Shown piece by piece: positions 36,210 through 39,911 of a stretch of DNA of 39,911 nt. The notes below the pieces were generated by a model. The model saw only the letters and a program-made list of their open reading frames with translations. It searched no databases and was not told where the DNA came from. Made by a program: the position numbers and the translations under genes. The stretch comes from Tenuifilaceae bacterium. Lineage in GTDB: Bacteria > Bacteroidota > Bacteroidia > Bacteroidales > Tenuifilaceae. The stretch lies in the NCBI GenBank assembly GCA_035380045.1, contig DAOSWM010000025.1:1-39911 (forward strand), given 5' to 3'. Each line of letters starts with the position of its first letter. The stretch's first letter is position 1.

Positions 36210-37241
36210 CTAGTTAGCCTCCAGAATTTCGAACAGCTCGTCGAGTTTTGGGGTAAGAATTATCTCAGTTCTTCTGTTTTTCTGTCTGGCTTCAGGGGTT
36301 TTAGCCGGATCAACCGGATGGTATTCGCTTCGTCCCGAAGCGGAAATTCGCGCGGGACTGATTTTTGAGCCATCGAGAAGAATTCTAACAATGGAAGTTG
36401 CTCTTTTAACGCTTAAGTCCCAGTTATCGAGCAGTTCGCCCCTTCCCGCAAAACGAACATCATCGGTATGCCCCTCAACCACAATGTTGATATCAGCATT
36501 CTGCTCCAGCACCGGGATAAGCTGCTTTAGCGCAGTAACTCCGTTAGCATCGACCACGTGGCTTCCCGACTTGAACATGAGCTTCTCCTCCAGCGAAACG
36601 TAAACCTTTCCGTTCTGTAACTTAATGCTAAGCCCTTTCCCTTCGAACCCAAAAAGCGCATCGGCCACTTTTCTGCGTAGGGCAAGGACTGCAGAATCCT
36701 TTCTGGCCAAAATTTGTTCAAGTTCAGTTAATCGGGCGTTACGTTCTTCCAAGTCCCTTCTTAATGCTTCGAGACTATCCTGTAATGCATCCAACTCACG
36801 GCTTCGTAGGTTCAACCTACGTTCCGACTCCTTAAGCGCGTCCTCCTTTACCTGTAGCTCTTCCTGAGTTTTCTGAAGCTGAGCCAGAACCTTTCGGGTT
36901 TCCTTTTGGGTTCCCGACATGAAGCCCTCCTGAAGCTGCTGTAGTTCGGCATAACGGCTCGAAAGTTTCTGATTCTCATCCTTTAGGGTTGCCAACTCTA
37001 TGGAACGTGATGCGCTATCGGCCAAAAGATTATCAACTTCGCCCTGAAGAACGCCAACCTTGGTTGTAAGTTCCGCTACCCTTACATTGAGCGATTCGTT
37101 CTCGGTGGAAAACCGCTCCCTCTCCTCTTCACACTTAAGGTTTTTATCTTGCAGTGCCTGAAACTCCTTGGCAGGAACGCAGGCAAATAGAGTAAGCGAT
37201 ATTAAGCCTATTCCTATTAGGTTTACTCTCTGAATTTTCAT
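36210..37241 (-). CDS. OmpA/MotB-domain lipoprotein with a long N-terminal coiled coil
   Basis: Signal and lipobox MKIQRVNLIGIGLISLTLFAC. A ~200-aa heptad coiled coil follows. The C-terminal OmpA-like domain is EGHTDDVRF...NWDLSVKRATSI. The ATG at 37241 is preferred over the ORF-track start at 37289. Confidence 0.7.
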   Translation of the reverse strand: MKIQRVNLIGIGLISLTLFACVPAKEFQALQDKNLKCEEERERFSTENESLNVRVAELTTKVGVLQGEVDNLLADSASRSIELATLKDENQKLSSRYAELQQLQEGFMSGTQKETRKVLAQLQKTQEELQVKEDALKESERRLNLRSRELDALQDSLEALRRDLEERNARLTELEQILARKDSAVLALRRKVADALFGFEGKGLSIKLQNGKVYVSLEEKLMFKSGSHVVDANGVTALKQLIPVLEQNADINIVVEGHTDDVRFAGRGELLDNWDLSVKRATSIVRILLDGSKISPARISASGRSEYHPVDPAKTPEARQKNRRTEIILTPKLDELFEILEAN

Positions 37242-37441
37242 AGTTTGCGTATTTTCTAAACAGCAAATATAAAAATAGTAACCAAGCAAACTTCACATAA
37301 TGCCAAAACATTATCCACAAAACAGAACTCTACTGTTAATAATTCGTATTATTAATGATTGGGTTACTGTTAAGGTATGTTGAAAATTTGGAACCCAAAC
37401 CTTTTAATATTTTATTTGTTATAACTTTGCAGAAATTGAGA

Positions 37442-39367
37442 ATGAGAATGGGAAGCCAATACCCTTTATTGAGTCGTATTAATTCACCACAAGACATAAA
37501 AAAACTTGGGGTCGATGATTTATTGGGGCTTAGCAACGAGGTGCGCCAATTCATTATCGACGTTGTGTCGTCCAATCCCGGGCACTTTGGTGCAAGTTTA
37601 GGCGTTGTGGAACTCACGGTTGCCCTGCATTACGTTTTCAACACGCCCAACGACCGCATTATTTGGGATGTTGGCCATCAGGCTTACGGGCACAAGATTT
37701 TAACCGGTAGGCGCGATTTGTTTCATACAAACCGAAAGTACGGAGGAATAAGCGGGTTCCCAAAACGAAGCGAAAGCGAATACGATGCTTTTGGAACCGG
37801 ACACAGCTCCACCTCAATTTCAGCAGCACTGGGAATGGCCCTCGCATCGGAACTAAAGGGAGAGGAAAGGCAAACCATTGCAGTTATTGGCGACGGATCG
37901 ATGACAGCCGGGCTGGCATTTGAGGGGTTGAATAATGGCGGATCGAAGAAGTCGAACCTGCTGGTTATCCTTAACGATAACAACATGGCCATTGACCCGA
38001 ACGTTGGAGCCCTAAAGGAGTACCTGCTCGACATAACTACCTCGCAAACATACAACCGTTTCAAGAAGGATGTGTGGAATCTTTTGGGCAAACTCGACAG
38101 GATTGCCCCAAGCACACGTTCCACCATTCAAAAACTTGAGAATGCCATTAAATCTGCAATCCTGAAGCAGAGCAATCTTTTTGAATCGTTGGGTTTTAGA
38201 TACTTCGGGCCAGTTGATGGTCACGATGTGGTTTACCTAACACAGGTTTTAAATGACCTAAAAAACATACCGGGGCCCAAGCTACTCCACTGCGTTACGG
38301 TAAAAGGGAAAGGGTTTTCACCTGCTGAGAAGGACCAAACGGTTTGGCATGCTCCTGGACTATTCGATAAAAATACCGGAGAGAGAATAGTTATTAGGAG
38401 CGAAAAACCTGCTCCTCCCCGATTTCAGGATGTTTTTGGCCATACACTGGTTGAACTTGCTGAGCAGAACCAAAAAATTGTTGGCATTACCCCTGCAATG
38501 CCCACTGGTTGCTCAATGAACATTATGATGGAAAAAATTCCCGAACGCACCTTCGACGTTGGAATTGCCGAGCAGCATGCAGTTACCTTTGCAGCCGGTT
38601 TGGCTGCCGAAGGACTGGTTCCGTTCTGCAACATTTACTCATCGTTCATGCAGCGCGCCTACGACCAGGTTGTACACGATGCTGCCCTGCAAAACCTGAA
38701 CGTAGTTTTCTGTCTCGACCGTGGCGGGCTGGTTGGCGACGATGGAGCAACCCACCACGGGGTTTTCGATATTGCCTACATGCGTGCAATTCCCAACATC
38801 ACCATTTGCTCACCCATGAATGAGGAGGAGCTGCGAAACATGATGTATACCGCACAGCAGCAGGACATGGGAACCTGGAGCATACGTTACCCAAGAGGGA
38901 ACGGCGTTATGACCAACTGGAAGAAACCTTTCCGAACCCTTGAGGTTGGAAAAGGAAGACAACTTAGGGATGGAACCGACATTGCCATTCTAACCCTTGG
39001 CCCTCTTGGAAACATCGCCGCAAAAGCCATTGAGAAACTTGCAGAGGAAGGAATTAGCGTTGCGCACTATGATATGCGTTTTGTTAAGCCCATTGACGAA
39101 CAGCTGCTAGCGCAAATTGGCAAACGCTTTAAGCACATTATAACCATTGAAGACGGTTGCCTGCAGGGAGGCTTTGGCTCAGCAATTCTGGAATGGCTGA
39201 ACGATAATGGACTTAGTACTCAGGTAATTAGGTTGGGCATTCCCGATAGGTTTATTGACCACGGAACGCAAGCTGAATTATACCGCGAGTGTGGTATTGA
39301 TGCAGAAGGAATTTACAGCGCAGCCAAAAAAATTGCAACACCTAAACTAATTGGGCGGGTAGTGTAA
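37442..39367 (+). CDS. dxs: 1-deoxy-D-xylulose-5-phosphate synthase
   Basis: [22 protein letters not shown] is the typical Dxs N-terminus. The TPP-binding GDG(S/A)MTAG and the transketolase-like Pyr and C-terminal domains are present. The ORF track start at 37355 adds a non-conserved 29-aa leader. Confidence 0.9.
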   Translation: MRMGSQYPLLSRINSPQDIKKLGVDDLLGLSNEVRQFIIDVVSSNPGHFGASLGVVELTVALHYVFNTPNDRIIWDVGHQAYGHKILTGRRDLFHTNRKYGGISGFPKRSESEYDAFGTGHSSTSISAALGMALASELKGEERQTIAVIGDGSMTAGLAFEGLNNGGSKKSNLLVILNDNNMAIDPNVGALKEYLLDITTSQTYNRFKKDVWNLLGKLDRIAPSTRSTIQKLENAIKSAILKQSNLFESLGFRYFGPVDGHDVVYLTQVLNDLKNIPGPKLLHCVTVKGKGFSPAEKDQTVWHAPGLFDKNTGERIVIRSEKPAPPRFQDVFGHTLVELAEQNQKIVGITPAMPTGCSMNIMMEKIPERTFDVGIAEQHAVTFAAGLAAEGLVPFCNIYSSFMQRAYDQVVHDAALQNLNVVFCLDRGGLVGDDGATHHGVFDIAYMRAIPNITICSPMNEEELRNMMYTAQQQDMGTWSIRYPRGNGVMTNWKKPFRTLEVGKGRQLRDGTDIAILTLGPLGNIAAKAIEKLAEEGISVAHYDMRFVKPIDEQLLAQIGKRFKHIITIEDGCLQGGFGSAILEWLNDNGLSTQVIRLGIPDRFIDHGTQAELYRECGIDAEGIYSAAKKIATPKLIGRVV

Positions 39368-39436
39368 ATTCACGGTTCAACTTCTTGCCCAATAAAAAAA
39401 AGTAACTATTTTTGCATTCCCAACAAACCAGCATTT

Positions 39437-39523
39437 GCCCGGATGGCGGAATTGGTAGACGCGCTGGTCTCAAACACCAGTGGTAGCAATACCGTGCCGG
39501 TTCGACCCCGGCTCCGGGTACCA
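39437..39523 (+). tRNA. tRNA-Leu (anticodon CAA), long variable arm, CCA encoded
   Basis: The sequence is GCCCGGATGGCGGAATTGGTAGACGCGCTGGTCTCAAACACCAGTGGTAGCAATACCGTGCCGGTTCGACCCCGGCTCCGGGTACCA. The anticodon loop is CTCAAAC and the T arm is GCCGGTTCGACCCCGGC. Confidence 0.85.
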
Positions 39524-39555
39524 GAAGCCTCGAGAAATCGGGGCTTTTTTAATTA

Positions 39556-39911
39556 AAGTTGTCCTATGTACTACGTATACGTGATATCAAGTATTAACAG
39601 AAACTATACTTACATTGGGATAACAGATAATCCCCAAAGAAGGATAAACCAGCACAACAAGGGATACAATCGTACTACTAAGCCCTACAAACCCTTCTTC
39701 TTGGTTTTCACTGAAAATTTTCCTTCTCGAATTTTAGCAAGGGAAAGAGAAAAATTTCTTAAGTCAGGAATTGGGAGAGAATTTATTAAAAAAATTATTT
39801 CTGACAAGTGTGCCGGCCTGTCTACCCTGTCTCCCGACAGGCAGGCGACAGGTAGATTCGACCCCGGCTCCGGGTACAAAAAACTAAACCCTCAAGTATT
39901 TGAGGGTTTTT
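39556..39911 (+). CDS. GIY-YIG nuclease-family small protein (partial; no stop codon before the window end)
   Basis: Manual translation from the ATG at 39556 gives MYYVYVISSINRNYTYIGITDNPQRRINQHNKGYNRTTKPYKPFFLVFTENFPSRILAREREKFLKSGIGREFIKKII... This has the classic GIY-YIG pattern (YxVYxI...YIGxT.N..RR..QHN.G...T). The ORF track omits it because it is open-ended. The frame runs on through the duplicated tRNA fragment and a terminator-like hairpin, so the real C-terminus is uncertain. Confidence 0.6.
39857..39877 (+). repeat. 21-bp direct duplication of the tRNA-Leu 3' end (TTCGACCCCGGCTCCGGGTAC, identical to 39501-39521), an att-like repeat
   Basis: Exact match read from the sequence. The tRNA copy is followed by CA and the downstream copy by AA. 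Confidence 0.6.
39887..39911 (+). terminator. Terminator-like hairpin AACCCTCAA-GTAT-TTGAGGGTT followed by a T-run at the window edge
   Basis: Inverted repeat read directly. It lies immediately after the duplicated tRNA 3' fragment. Confidence 0.4.

Noticed and set aside
39685-39879. Minus-strand ORF 39685-39879 (64 aa) downstream of tRNA-Leu
   Set aside because: The same DNA encodes on the plus strand a protein with a clear GIY-YIG signature. The minus-strand translation has no recognisable features.
1-39911. Search for CRISPR arrays, rRNA genes, integrases or transposases
   Set aside because: No regularly spaced direct repeats were seen. No rRNA-like conserved sequence was seen. No integrase or transposase motifs were seen in any frame examined. 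The only mobile-element-like signals are the MITE-like repeat and the tRNA-Leu 3' duplication.

Overview
The window is a low-GC, Bacteroidota-like chromosomal segment, identified from codon usage, TAnnTTTG-type promoter context and the gene families present. It has three parts.

The first part (162-11987) is a mixed accessory and housekeeping region:
- a periplasmic beta-propeller/Y_Y_Y sensor fused to a PP2C (SpoIIE-type) phosphatase;
- a thioredoxin-type ArsC-like phosphatase, a TetR regulator and an OsmC-like protein;
- an NfeD/flotillin pair, a TonB protein, a flippase-like membrane protein, purQ and a putative outer-membrane barrel.

The second part (12264 to about 25931) is a tightly packed, co-directional operon-like cluster and is the most unusual content. 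It combines a chemotaxis-like methylation module with GAF/PAS sensors and a partner-switch output:
- a CheR, a divergent CheR paralog and a standalone CheB catalytic domain, with no MCP, CheA, CheW or CheY;
- three paralogous TM-HAMP-GAF(-PAS) sensor proteins that carry MCP-like Glu-Glu heptad helices;
- one sensor ends in a PP2C phosphatase and is followed by a SiaB-like GHKL kinase and a SiaC-like (DUF1987) protein, i.e. a partner switch with no diguanylate cyclase;
- a 1029-aa fused ABC ATPase/ABC-2 permease with regulatory N-terminal domains, then two secreted or lipoproteins.

The third part (26037-39911) is conserved housekeeping DNA:
- tRNA-Asn, a PfkB kinase, an Mpg glycosylase and a polytopic membrane protein;
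- rplM-rpsI, rpsB-tsf, pyrH and frr;
- a sugar-isomerase-like gene, a radical SAM/SPASM gene and an OmpA-like coiled-coil lipoprotein, then dxs and tRNA-Leu(CAA).

Smaller observations:
- Two copies of a ~153-bp MITE-like dispersed repeat with terminal inverted repeats.
- A 21-bp duplication of the tRNA-Leu 3' end that brackets a small GIY-YIG nuclease gene at the window edge.
- Several rho-independent terminators and candidate operator palindromes.
- No CRISPR array, rRNA or large mobile element was seen.
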